NCBI GenBank assembly: GCA_045661045.1
Contig: JAZREZ010000051.1
Coordinates: 23,903 to 87,902 of the forward strand
From: Clostridia bacterium
GTDB lineage: Bacteria > Bacillota > Clostridia > Monoglobales > Monoglobaceae
Length of the DNA: 64,000 bases
Reading direction: 5' to 3'
The notes under the pieces were generated by a model, which worked only from the letters and a program-made list of their open reading frames with translations, searched no databases and was not told the DNA's origin. Positions 51,561 through 60,308 of the stretch are shown here, in pieces. The position numbers and the translations under genes are program-made. Numbering within the stretch: the first letter of the stretch is position 1; the number at the start of each line of letters is the position of its first letter.

Positions 51561-54500
51561 TTATTTGAAGTATTTTACGCCGCTTTCAAAGATTTTCTGG
51601 TCCTTATCACCGGGGATGTTTCTGAACACATTGTTCTTAAATCTCTCAGAATGTCCCATCTTACCCAAAACTCTGCCGTCTGGGCTTGTGATACCCTCGA
51701 TTGCATAATACGAACCGTTAGGGTTATATGGCATTTCATAAGTGGGATTACCGCTTAAATCAACATACTGAGTTGCAATCTGTCCGTTCTTTTCCATCTC
51801 TGCAATAACTTCAGGGCTTGCGACAAATCTACCCTCACCGTGAGATACTGCAATCTGATGAATATCACCAAGCTCTACACCCGCAAACCAAGGTGATTTA
51901 ACAGATGAAATTCTTGTAGATACCATTCTTGATACGTGTCTGCCTATTGTATTAAATGTAAGGGTTGGACATGTATCGTCTGTCTTGCGGATTTCGCCAT
52001 ATGGTACAAGTCCAAGCTTAATGAGTGCCTGGAAGCCGTTACAGATACCAAGCATCAAGCCATCTCTTTCATTCAAAAGTTTCATAACCGCTTCTCTTAC
52101 TCTCTCGTTTTCAAATGCCGCCTTGATAAACTTACCTGAACCATCAGGCTCGTCACCGCCGCTGAATCCACCCGGGAGCATTACAATCTGCGCGTTATTT
52201 ATTGAATTTACAAAGCCCTCAATTGACTCTTCAATGTGTGCTGCTGTTAAATTCTTAAAGATTTTAACATCCGCAATACCGCCTGCACGCTCAAACGCTC
52301 TTGCAGAATCATACTCACAGTTAGTTCCGGGGAATGCCGGAATAAATATTCTTGGCTTTGCAAAACTTTCCTTGGGACAGATGTTTACTCTCTCGCCAAA
52401 GTTAAATGCTTTCATACCAACATCTTCAAAATCTGCCTTTGTGGCAAATACTCCCTCAAGAGGCTTTGTCCACGCCTTTTCAATGTCAGCAAGTAAAATT
52501 TCTTCGCCGCAGATTTTGATTGAAGGCTCGCTTGTAGTATGACCAAGCTTTACAACATCTATGTTGTTACCTATAAAGCCTGTTGCGCCAAGACCTTTTA
52601 CTTCTATTATAATACTTCCGTATTTTGCCTTGAATAATTCAGCTTTATTACAGCAATCGGTAAACTCAAAACCAATTCCGTTACCGAGACCCATCTTACA
52701 GATGCCCTCCATAACTCCGCCAAAGCCTACTGCCCACGCTGACTGAATAAGCTTAATCTTGTCATCACTCATCATCATATATACCATATCATAGAGTGTC
52801 TTTAAGCTTTCAAAGTCGGGCATATTATTCTCATCATATTTGGGGCTTAACATAAACACAAGATTATTTTCGCCCTTGAATTCGCTCGATACTGCTTTTG
52901 ATGCAACGAGCGGTGCTACCGCAAATGATGTAAGTGTCGGCGGTACATCAATATCATTAAATGAACCTGACATACTGTCCTTTCCACCGATTGCGGCAAG
53001 ACCTAATTTTTCCTGAGCCAAATATCCGCCAAGAAGTGCAGATAAAGGCTTACCCCAACGCTCAGGCGAGGTATTAAGGCGTTCAAAATATTCCTGGAAT
53101 GTTAAATAAATATCTTTATAGTCTGCACCTGCTGCAACCGCTCTTGTAACAGAATCAACTACTGCGTAGAGCGCACCAAGGAATGGATTTCTCTTGGAAA
53201 TTACGGGGTTGTAACCAAATGACATTACAGTTGCAGTATTGGTTTCCTTGTGAATTGTAGGAATTTTAGCAACCATATTCTGCTGAGGGGTAAGCTGATA
53301 TTTACCGCCGTATGGCATAAATACAGAACCCGCACCGATTGTACTGTCAAATCTTTCAACAAGACCGTGCTGTGATGCAACATTTAAGTCGCTCATCATA
53401 TTTTCAATTTTCTCTTTATATGTATCGCCCTTTGGTGCAAAATCAAACATATCAGCAGAAAAATCTGCCTCTTTTACATATACATCGTTGTGCTTTTCAG
53501 CGCCGTTTGTATTCAAGAAGTCACGGCTTATATCACAGATTGTCTTACCTCTCCAGTTCATAACGAGTCTGTTGGTATCAGTAACCTCTGCAACACATAC
53601 TGCATCTAAATTTTCCTTGTCGGCTTCTTCAATAAATTTCTCTGCATCCTTAGCACGAACAACAACCGCCATTCTCTCCTGAGATTCAGAGATTGCAAGC
53701 TCGGTTCCGTCAAGTCCGTCATACTTTTTGGGAACCATATCAAGATTTATGTTAAGTCCGTCTGCAAGCTCACCAACTGCAACAGAAACACCGCCCGCAC
53801 CGAAATCGTTACAACGCCTAATCATACTTGTAACCTCTTTTTTGCGGAATAATCTCTGCAATTTTCTCTCAACGGGGGCATTACCCTTTTGAACCTCTGC
53901 ACCACAAGTTTCAAGTGATGTATCAGTGTGTGCCTTTGAAGAGCCAGTAGCACCGCCGCAGCCATCTCTTCCTGTCATACCGCCAAGAAGTATAACTACA
54001 TCGCCAGCTTCCGGAACTTCACGAACTACATTTTCTTTAGGAGCGGCAGCAATAACTGCACCGATTTCCATTCTCTTTGCAACATAACCCTCATCGTAAA
54101 TTTCACAAACCTGGCCCGTTGCAAGACCTATCTGGTTACCATATGAGCTGTAACCCTGAGCCGCACCCACAGTAATCTTTCTCTGCGGGAGCTTACCTTT
54201 CATAGTTTCTTTAAGAGTTTTGTTCGGGTTACCGCTACCCGTTACACGCATAGCCTGATATACATAAGAACGACCTGAAAGCGGGTCACGGATTGCACCG
54301 CCAAGGCAGGTTGCCGCACCGCCGAATGGTTCAATCTCTGTCGGGTGGTTATGAGTTTCGTTCTTAAACATAACCAACCAATCCTCTTGTGTGCCGTCTT
54401 CCATATCAACCTTTACATTGATGCTGCAGGCATTGATTTCCTCCGACTCATCAAGAGCAGTTAAAACGCCACGCTTTTTAAGCTCCTTTACAGCAATTGT

Positions 54501-55319
54501 CGCAAGGTCCATAAGGCAGATATTCTTCATCTTTTTGCCCGCATAGACATATTCTCTTGATTTCTGATAATCCTCGTAAACACCGCCGATAACCTTGTCG
54601 TCAATCTTTACATTGTCAAGAATTGTTGAGAATGTGGTGTGACGGCAGTGGTCTGACCAATATGTATCAATCATACGAATTTCCGTAATGCTTGGGTTTC
54701 TCTTTTCTGTGTTTTTAAAATAATCCTGACAGAAACAAATATCATCAAAATCCATAGCAAGTCCCATATCGGAAACTAAAGCTTTAAGTCCGTCTGCATC
54801 CAAGTCAATAAAGCCGTCAATGTACTTAACATCGGCAGGCTCTGCACTTTTATCATTTAAGGTTTCGGGTTTTTCAAGACTTGCACGCCTTGATTCAACG
54901 GGGTTTATAAGATATTCTGCCGCAGTTTCTACATCCGCATCCGTAACATCGCCTATAAGAACGATAACTTTGGCTGTGCGCACTCCCGGCTTTTCACCAC
55001 CTGTCATAATCTGCACACACTGCGCCGCACTGTCTGCTCTCTGGTCGAACTGACCGGGCAGATATTCCATAGCAAAATACTTGCCGTCTGTTATATCAAT
55101 GGTTTCAAATGTGAGATTGTCAACCTGAGGCTCTGCAAAAACTGTATCCTTTGTAAGCTCAATTTCTGCATCGGTCATACCCTCTACATCGTAGCGGTTA
55201 ATAACTCTTACTGCCTCTAAGGCTGAAAGACCTAAATTTTCTTTGAGGTCTTTGCACATTGCCTTTGCCTCAACATCAAACCCTTTCTTTTTTTCTACAA
55301 AAAGTCTTTTGATTGCCAT
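51561..55319 (-). CDS. purL: Phosphoribosylformylglycinamidine synthase, single-chain large form (PurL, PurS and PurQ fused)
   Basis: About 1252 aa from ATG 55319 (MAIKRLFVEKKKGFDVEA). The C-terminal glutaminase has GICNGFQ and SHGEGRF. Confidence 0.9.
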   Translation of the reverse strand: MAIKRLFVEKKKGFDVEAKAMCKDLKENLGLSALEAVRVINRYDVEGMTDAEIELTKDTVFAEPQVDNLTFETIDITDGKYFAMEYLPGQFDQRADSAAQCVQIMTGGEKPGVRTAKVIVLIGDVTDADVETAAEYLINPVESRRASLEKPETLNDKSAEPADVKYIDGFIDLDADGLKALVSDMGLAMDFDDICFCQDYFKNTEKRNPSITEIRMIDTYWSDHCRHTTFSTILDNVKIDDKVIGGVYEDYQKSREYVYAGKKMKNICLMDLATIAVKELKKRGVLTALDESEEINACSINVKVDMEDGTQEDWLVMFKNETHNHPTEIEPFGGAATCLGGAIRDPLSGRSYVYQAMRVTGSGNPNKTLKETMKGKLPQRKITVGAAQGYSSYGNQIGLATGQVCEIYDEGYVAKRMEIGAVIAAAPKENVVREVPEAGDVVILLGGMTGRDGCGGATGSSKAHTDTSLETCGAEVQKGNAPVERKLQRLFRKKEVTSMIRRCNDFGAGGVSVAVGELADGLNINLDMVPKKYDGLDGTELAISESQERMAVVVRAKDAEKFIEEADKENLDAVCVAEVTDTNRLVMNWRGKTICDISRDFLNTNGAEKHNDVYVKEADFSADMFDFAPKGDTYKEKIENMMSDLNVASQHGLVERFDSTIGAGSVFMPYGGKYQLTPQQNMVAKIPTIHKETNTATVMSFGYNPVISKRNPFLGALYAVVDSVTRAVAAGADYKDIYLTFQEYFERLNTSPERWGKPLSALLGGYLAQEKLGLAAIGGKDSMSGSFNDIDVPPTLTSFAVAPLVASKAVSSEFKGENNLVFMLSPKYDENNMPDFESLKTLYDMVYMMMSDDKIKLIQSAWAVGFGGVMEGICKMGLGNGIGFEFTDCCNKAELFKAKYGSIIIEVKGLGATGFIGNNIDVVKLGHTTSEPSIKICGEEILLADIEKAWTKPLEGVFATKADFEDVGMKAFNFGERVNICPKESFAKPRIFIPAFPGTNCEYDSARAFERAGGIADVKIFKNLTAAHIEESIEGFVNSINNAQIVMLPGGFSGGDEPDGSGKFIKAAFENERVREAVMKLLNERDGLMLGICNGFQALIKLGLVPYGEIRKTDDTCPTLTFNTIGRHVSRMVSTRISSVKSPWFAGVELGDIHQIAVSHGEGRFVASPEVIAEMEKNGQIATQYVDLSGNPTYEMPYNPNGSYYAIEGITSPDGRVLGKMGHSERFKNNVFRNIPGDKDQKIFESGVKYFK

Positions 55320-55371
55320 TTTGATTTCTCCGTTTCTTGTTAGTATTTCATAAAAAAACCATAACAAAATT

Positions 55372-55400
55372 AGTATAACATATGTTTTCCTTAAATGCAA
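55372..55400 (-). promoter_or_regulatory. SigA-type promoter for the pur operon: TTGCAT, 17-bp spacer, TATACT
   Basis: Minus strand reads TTGCATttaaggaaaacatatgtTATACT. The leader is about 45 nt, with no purine-riboswitch-like sequence. Confidence 0.5.
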
Positions 55401-55454
55401 ATAAAAAATGCGTATATTTTCATTTTTTTCGACAATTGATATTTGTATTTGACA

Positions 55455-55483
55455 GTATAAAAAAATTTGCCTTGCAAATACTT
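55455..55483 (+). promoter_or_regulatory. Weak candidate SigF/SigG-type promoter for sigG: GTATA, 14-bp spacer, GCAAATACTT
   Basis: Only a partial match to GywTA-(14/15)-GgnrAnAnTw. Confidence 0.25.
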
Positions 55484-55513
55484 ACTTTAAAGTCAAAATT
55501 TCAGGAGAATCCT

Positions 55514-56284
55514 ATGACAAATAAAGTTGAGATTTGCGGAGTAAATACATCAAATCTGCCTGTTCTTTCCGAACAACAGAAAAAAGAGTTATTTATAAAA
55601 ATCAAGCAGGGTGATATGAATGCCCGTCAGGAATTTATCTGCGGTAATTTAAGGCTGGTCCTGAGCATACTGCGCCGTTTTAATAACAGAGGTGAAAATA
55701 TAGACGATTTATTTCAGATAGGGTGCATCGGGCTTATAAAAGCGCTTGACAACTTTGACACATCTCACGATGTAAAATTTTCCACATATGCCGTCCCTAT
55801 GATAATCGGCGAGATACGAAGATATCTTAGAGATAACAACGCAATCAGGGTAAGCCGCTCTACAAGAGATATTGCATATAAGGCACTTGGCGCAAAAGAG
55901 CGCCTGACCGCTGCAAGCGGAAGAGATCCGTCAATAGAAGAAATCGCAAAGGAGCTTGATATTCCCAAAGAGGATATTTCAATGGCACTTGATGCAATTC
56001 TTGCTCCTGTTTCGTTACATGAGCCTGTTTATCACGACGGCGGTGATACTGTCTTTGTAATGGACCAGATTGCAGACGAGAAAAATTTAGATGAATCGTG
56101 GCTTGAAAAAATTTCGTTAAAAGAGGCTATAAGACGACTGCCAAGCCGTGAACAACACATTCTTAATCTGCGATTTTTTCAGGGCAAAACGCAGATGGAG
56201 GTCGCGGGCGAAATCGGCATTTCGCAAGCTCAGGTATCACGCCTTGAGAAAAACGCAATCTCGCATATGAGAAAACATTTATAA
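55514..56284 (+). CDS. sigG: Sporulation sigma factor SigG
   Basis: MTNKVEICGVNTSNLPVL start, then GNLRLVLSILRRFNNRGENIDDLFQIGCIGLIKALDNFD and KFSTYAVPMIIGEIRRYLRDNNAIRVSRS. These closely parallel Bacillus SigG. Confidence 0.85.
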   Translation: MTNKVEICGVNTSNLPVLSEQQKKELFIKIKQGDMNARQEFICGNLRLVLSILRRFNNRGENIDDLFQIGCIGLIKALDNFDTSHDVKFSTYAVPMIIGEIRRYLRDNNAIRVSRSTRDIAYKALGAKERLTAASGRDPSIEEIAKELDIPKEDISMALDAILAPVSLHEPVYHDGGDTVFVMDQIADEKNLDESWLEKISLKEAIRRLPSREQHILNLRFFQGKTQMEVAGEIGISQAQVSRLEKNAISHMRKHL

Positions 56285-56287
56285 AGC

Positions 56288-56312
56288 AAAAGACCGCTTA
56301 TGCGGTCTTTTT
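56288..56312. terminator. Bidirectional intrinsic terminator
   Basis: AAAGACCGC-ttat-GCGGTCTTT. It overlaps the last codons of the convergent MATE gene. Confidence 0.75.
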
Positions 56313-57704
56313 AAGTTCGTTTATCCATCTGTTTAATTTCTTGATTTCGGTTACCGCAAAGATTGTTGATACAACACCTGCTAAAAGGTCAGCAAAAAGA
56401 CCTGCATACAATATTCCGTCAAGTCCCATAAATTTCGGTAATATCAAAAGCAAAGGTATCAGCAAAATCACCTGACGCAAAAGCGACATTATATTCGCTT
56501 TAAGCGGTTGACCCGTTGCCTGAAAATAGTTGGTAGTTACAATCTGTATACCCGCAACAAACACTGCGCCCAGATATATTCTCATACACCTTACCGCAAA
56601 ATCTATAAACTGCTGACTGCTTGTTTCGAACAATCTTAAAACAATGTGCGGTATTGTCTGACACAGAATAAATCCAATCAGCGTAATCGCAAAACCGATG
56701 CTGACTGCCGTAAGATATGTTTTCTTCACACGCTCCGGCTGATTTGCTCCTCTGTTAAAACCGAGTATCGGCTGACTGCCAACACCTATTCCTATACAGA
56801 TAGAAATAATAATCATATTGATTTTGAGCACAACACCCATAGCACTTAACGCTATATCACCGCCAACTGCCGATAAATCACCATATGTAATCAACAAGTT
56901 ATTGAGTATAATGTTTAAAACTGTGGTTGCCAAATTCAAAACACAGCTTGATATACCAAGCAGAATAAAGCTTTTACAGATACGGAAATTCAGCTTTATA
57001 CTTTTAGACGAGAAACGCATATTGCTCTTTCTTAAGAAATAATGTATGAGTATAACAGCCGTAAGCACCTGAGAAATCGCAGTAGCAAGCGCCGCACCCA
57101 TAACTCCCCAATTAAATACAAATATAAATATTGGGTCAAGTATAGTGTTAAGCACTGCACCCGCAACCAAGCTTATCATTGCAGTTAAGGGACTTCCGTC
57201 ATTTCTTGCAAAGTTTGAAAGTACAATTCCAAGCACATTAAACGGAGCCGCAAGCAAAATAAACCGAGAATATTCCATTGCATAACCAACTGTATTATCT
57301 GTTGCACCAAAAATTCTGACAAGTGGTTCTAAAAAACCAAGCCCAAACAGCATAATGGTTATACCCACAATAAGACTTAATGTAAGTGCGTTACCGAGCA
57401 CTTTTTCAGCTTGAGTCTTATCCTGCTCACCAAGCTTTATTGAGGCATATGCTGCACCGCCCGCTCCTATAAGCGTGGAAAATGCAAGGATAACAGTTAT
57501 AATCGGAAAAGCAATCGTAGTCGCGGCATTACCGAGATACCCTATCCCCTGACCGATAAAAATCTGGTCTACTATGTTATAAATTGAATTCACAAGCATT
57601 GATGTGACCGAAGGCACTGCAAACTTTAAAAGTAATCTGCCAATCGGAGCAAACCCCAAGGGATTGCTGCCTGTATATCTGATTTCGGATTTTTGTTCGT
57701 TCAT
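56298..57704 (-). CDS. MATE family efflux transporter
   Basis: 468 aa with 12 TM segments and the N-terminal layout LLKFAVPSVTSMLVNSIYNIVDQIFIGQG. Confidence 0.85.
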   Translation of the reverse strand: MNEQKSEIRYTGSNPLGFAPIGRLLLKFAVPSVTSMLVNSIYNIVDQIFIGQGIGYLGNAATTIAFPIITVILAFSTLIGAGGAAYASIKLGEQDKTQAEKVLGNALTLSLIVGITIMLFGLGFLEPLVRIFGATDNTVGYAMEYSRFILLAAPFNVLGIVLSNFARNDGSPLTAMISLVAGAVLNTILDPIFIFVFNWGVMGAALATAISQVLTAVILIHYFLRKSNMRFSSKSIKLNFRICKSFILLGISSCVLNLATTVLNIILNNLLITYGDLSAVGGDIALSAMGVVLKINMIIISICIGIGVGSQPILGFNRGANQPERVKKTYLTAVSIGFAITLIGFILCQTIPHIVLRLFETSSQQFIDFAVRCMRIYLGAVFVAGIQIVTTNYFQATGQPLKANIMSLLRQVILLIPLLLILPKFMGLDGILYAGLFADLLAGVVSTIFAVTEIKKLNRWINELKKTA

Positions 57705-57734
57705 TATGTAATTTCTCCTTAAATTCTCCTACAA

Positions 57735-57748
57735 GTTAATATGTTAAC
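57735..57748. promoter_or_regulatory. Perfect palindrome GTTAA-TATG-TTAAC, a candidate operator (clostridial Rex-box-like)
   Basis: Read directly. It overlaps the predicted -10 and start site of the MATE promoter. With flanks, AAGTTAATATGTTAACAT matches 11 of 14 specified positions of TTGTTAAnnnnTTAACAA. Confidence 0.35.
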
Positions 57749-57769
57749 ATAAAGTTTTTTTAATATCAA
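57741..57769 (-). promoter_or_regulatory. SigA-type promoter for the MATE gene: TTGATA, 17-bp spacer, TAACAT
   Basis: Minus strand reads TTGATAttaaaaaaactttatgtTAACAT. Confidence 0.4.
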
Positions 57770-57790
57770 GAAAAATTTACATAAAAACTA

Positions 57791-57819
57791 TTGCAAAATT
57801 TAATAATTATGTTTATAAT
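57791..57819 (+). promoter_or_regulatory. SigA-type promoter for yajC: TTGCAA, 17-bp spacer, TATAAT
   Basis: Reads TTGCAAaatttaataattatgttTATAAT. Confidence 0.6.
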
Positions 57820-57850
57820 ATTAACAATAACATTTTATAGGAGGTTTACT

Positions 57851-58189
57851 ATGCAGAGCGCACTTGAGTTAATTGTTTCATTTTTTCCGATGATTCTTAT
57901 TTTTGTTGTTTTCTATTTTGTGCTCATTCGTCCGCAGCGCAAAAAGGAAAAGGCATTGCGTGATATGATTGCTGCTTTAAAGGTTGGCGACGAGGTTGCT
58001 TCAATCGGCGGTATTCACGGCAAAATAACAAGAATTAAAGACGATATATTCGTTCTCGAAACAGGCATCGGCACTACAAAATCATTCATCGCAATCGAGC
58101 GTGCCGCAATCAGCCGTCTTATCAATGCTGCCGCAAAGAAAGACGAGGTTGCACCTATTCCCGATGAAGAAGCTACTGATGCTGAATAA
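57851..58189 (+). CDS. yajC: Preprotein translocase subunit YajC
   Basis: ATG 57851 behind AGGAGG. It has one TM segment followed by IRPQRKKEK and KVGDEVASIGGIHGKI. Confidence 0.9.
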   Translation: MQSALELIVSFFPMILIFVVFYFVLIRPQRKKEKALRDMIAALKVGDEVASIGGIHGKITRIKDDIFVLETGIGTTKSFIAIERAAISRLINAAAKKDEVAPIPDEEATDAE

Positions 58190-58203
58190 TATTTAAAAAT
58201 CCG

Positions 58204-58232
58204 TCATATTATCCCTCCGCTTTCCATATATC
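58204..58232 (+). promoter_or_regulatory. Candidate mother-cell (SigE-type) promoter: TCATATT, 14-bp spacer, CATATATC
   Basis: Compared with kmATATT-14-CATACAhT. It lies about 30 nt upstream of the 58265 gene. Confidence 0.35.
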
Positions 58233-58264
58233 TTACTATATGAACAAACTATGGAGGGATTTAT

Positions 58265-58672
58265 ATGGCAAGGGATACGGTTGTAAACAATGGAATTTTT
58301 GATATTCCGTTTCTTTTAAAAAATACTGCTGTATGTATGGCACTTTCTGTCGGTTTGATATTCTTGGCATCCTGCGGGGCAGTTTTTTTAAGTCTGTCTG
58401 ACATTGCAGTTGCTATGATTGTCGGTGCGATTTCCGATATATGTGTAGGAATTTGCGGTTTTAAGGCCGCTCGTCACTTTTCACGGCAAGGTCTTTTATC
58501 AGGAATACTGACGGGTATATTCTATATTCTGGCTGTATATCTTATCGGCAGTATAGTATTTGGAAATTTTGGTATTTCCTCTTCCGCTTTGCTCTCTGCA
58601 ATAATTCGTATTATCTGCGGGGCAATCGGCGGAATTATCGGCGTCAATTCACGCCGAAAGAAACACAGATAA
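58265..58672 (+). CDS. Small four-TM membrane protein of unknown function (possibly the TIGR04086/YrzE-like family)
   Basis: 135 aa, Gly/Ile-rich TM helices and a basic C-terminal tail RRKKHR. Confidence 0.5.
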   Translation: MARDTVVNNGIFDIPFLLKNTAVCMALSVGLIFLASCGAVFLSLSDIAVAMIVGAISDICVGICGFKAARHFSRQGLLSGILTGIFYILAVYLIGSIVFGNFGISSSALLSAIIRIICGAIGGIIGVNSRRKKHR

Positions 58673-58703
58673 AATTTAAATTTACATAAAAGGAGTTTTT
58701 ACT

Positions 58704-58847
58704 ATGAAAAGAATCAAAACTTTAAACAACGCTACACTTAAAAAGAGCGCCGCAAAGGGTGGCTGCGGCGAATGCCAGACTTCTTGTCAGTCAGCTTGCA
58801 AGACTTCTTGCACAGTTGCTAACCAGAAGTGCGAAAAGCAGGCGTAA
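58704..58847 (+). CDS. scfA: Six-cysteine peptide SCIFF (ranthipeptide precursor)
   Basis: Absent from the ORF track (47 codons). AGGAG RBS 6 nt upstream. The product is MKRIKTLNNATLKKSAAKGGCGECQTSCQSACKTSCTVANQKCEKQA, which carries the conserved GGCGECQTSCQSACKTSCTV core. Confidence 0.9.
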   Translation: MKRIKTLNNATLKKSAAKGGCGECQTSCQSACKTSCTVANQKCEKQA

Positions 58848-58867
58848 AATAAAAATACCTGTAATAT

Positions 58868-58895
58868 GCGGCGCCTCAGGGCGCCGATTTTGCGT
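58868..58895 (+). terminator. Hairpin attenuator/terminator between the SCIFF precursor and its maturase
   Basis: CGGCGCC-tcag-GGCGCCG followed by ATTTTGCGTATTT. Confidence 0.6.
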
Positions 58896-58916
58896 ATTTA
58901 AGAAAGGCTTTTTATT

Positions 58917-60296
58917 ATGGTTCATACATTTAAAATCAAAGACAAATATATGGCACTTGATGTAAACAGCGGTTGTGTTCATATTCTGGACAAGCTTTGC
59001 TTTGACATAATTAACGCTCTCTGTCCCGAAGAGAACGACACCTTTGTGCCAAGCAAAAATCTTCCCGATAATGTTATATCTTCTCTCTCATCAGAGTTTT
59101 CAAAAGAGGATATTACAGATGCGTGGGATGAGATGTATTCACTCTACGAAAGTGACACTCTTTTTTCTAAAGACGACTATGCAGACATTGCGGTCAATAT
59201 GAAAAAACGCTCACCCGTAAAGGCAATATGTCTTCACATTTCGCACGATTGCAATCTGCGCTGTAAATACTGCTTTGCTGACGAGGGTGCATACCACCGT
59301 CAACGCGAGCTTATGAGTGCCGAAATCGGTTGCAAGGCTATTGATTTTCTTATTGAAAATTCGGGCAAAAGAAGAAATCTTGAAGTAGACTTTTTCGGCG
59401 GTGAACCGCTTATGAACTTCGGCGCTGTAAAGGCGGTTGTAAAGCACGCACGAGAGCAGGAAAAAATACATAATAAGAACTTCCGCTTTACTCTTACCAC
59501 AAACGGAATTTTGTTAAACGACGAAATAATCGAATATTTAAACGAAAATATGTCAAATGTTGTTTTAAGCCTTGATGGTACAAAAGAAACAAATGACAGA
59601 GTTCGTGTAAGGGTTGACGGAAGCGGCTGTTATGACAGTATTGTTCCTAAATTCAAAAAGGTTGCCGAAAGTCGAAATCAGGACAACTATTATGTAAGAG
59701 GTACATTTACCCGCTATAACTTAAACTTTGCAGATGATGTTATTCATCTTGCAGACCTTGGTTTTAAGCAGACCTCGGTAGAACCCGTTGTATGCGACGG
59801 CACACCCGACTATGCTTTAAGAGAACAAGATTTGCCGGTAATTTATTCTGAATACGAAAAATTACTCGAAGAATATTTAAACCGCCGCAAAAACGGAAAA
59901 TGGTTTAACTTCTTCCATTTTATGATCGACCTTGACCAGGGTCCATGCGTTATCAAACGCTTATCAGGTTGTGGTGCGGGTTGTGAATATCTTGCAGTTG
60001 CTCCAAACGGCGATATTTATCCGTGTCATCAGTTTGTGGGTACTGAAGAATACAAAATGGGTAACTTAAATGACGGAAACCTAAATCATACAATCCGTCA
60101 GACATTTGAGGATTGCAATGTTTACACCAAAGAGGATTGCCGAAAGTGTTTTGCAAAATTCTATTGCAGCGGCGGTTGTATGGCAAACGCTTGTCTTATA
60201 AACGGTGATATTAATAAACCCCACGAAATAAGCTGTAAGCTTCAAAGAAAGCGTGTTGAATGCAGTCTGTATGCAAAAGCGGTTGAGGCTGAATAA
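58917..60296 (+). CDS. scfB: Radical SAM/SPASM thioether-forming SCIFF maturase
   Basis: Radical SAM cluster CNLRCKYC and a C-terminal SPASM (CGAGCEYLAVAPNGDIYPCHQF, CRKCFAKFYCSGGC). It is adjacent to scfA. Confidence 0.9.
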   Translation: MVHTFKIKDKYMALDVNSGCVHILDKLCFDIINALCPEENDTFVPSKNLPDNVISSLSSEFSKEDITDAWDEMYSLYESDTLFSKDDYADIAVNMKKRSPVKAICLHISHDCNLRCKYCFADEGAYHRQRELMSAEIGCKAIDFLIENSGKRRNLEVDFFGGEPLMNFGAVKAVVKHAREQEKIHNKNFRFTLTTNGILLNDEIIEYLNENMSNVVLSLDGTKETNDRVRVRVDGSGCYDSIVPKFKKVAESRNQDNYYVRGTFTRYNLNFADDVIHLADLGFKQTSVEPVVCDGTPDYALREQDLPVIYSEYEKLLEEYLNRRKNGKWFNFFHFMIDLDQGPCVIKRLSGCGAGCEYLAVAPNGDIYPCHQFVGTEEYKMGNLNDGNLNHTIRQTFEDCNVYTKEDCRKCFAKFYCSGGCMANACLINGDINKPHEISCKLQRKRVECSLYAKAVEAE

Positions 60297-60308
60297 GGAG
60301 GTTTTAAA

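Noticed and set aside
55428-55434. Exact Spo0A box (TGTCGAA on the minus strand; extended TTGTCGAAAAA) between the pur promoter and sigG.
   Set aside because: A single 7-mer is expected several times by chance in 64 kb of AT-rich DNA. With no second box or conservation data, it is not reported as a feature.
55401-55450. Possible PurR PurBox (CGAA-containing A/T-rich motif) upstream of the pur promoter.
   Set aside because: Only one weak box-like element is present, without the inverted partner. It is indistinguishable from background.
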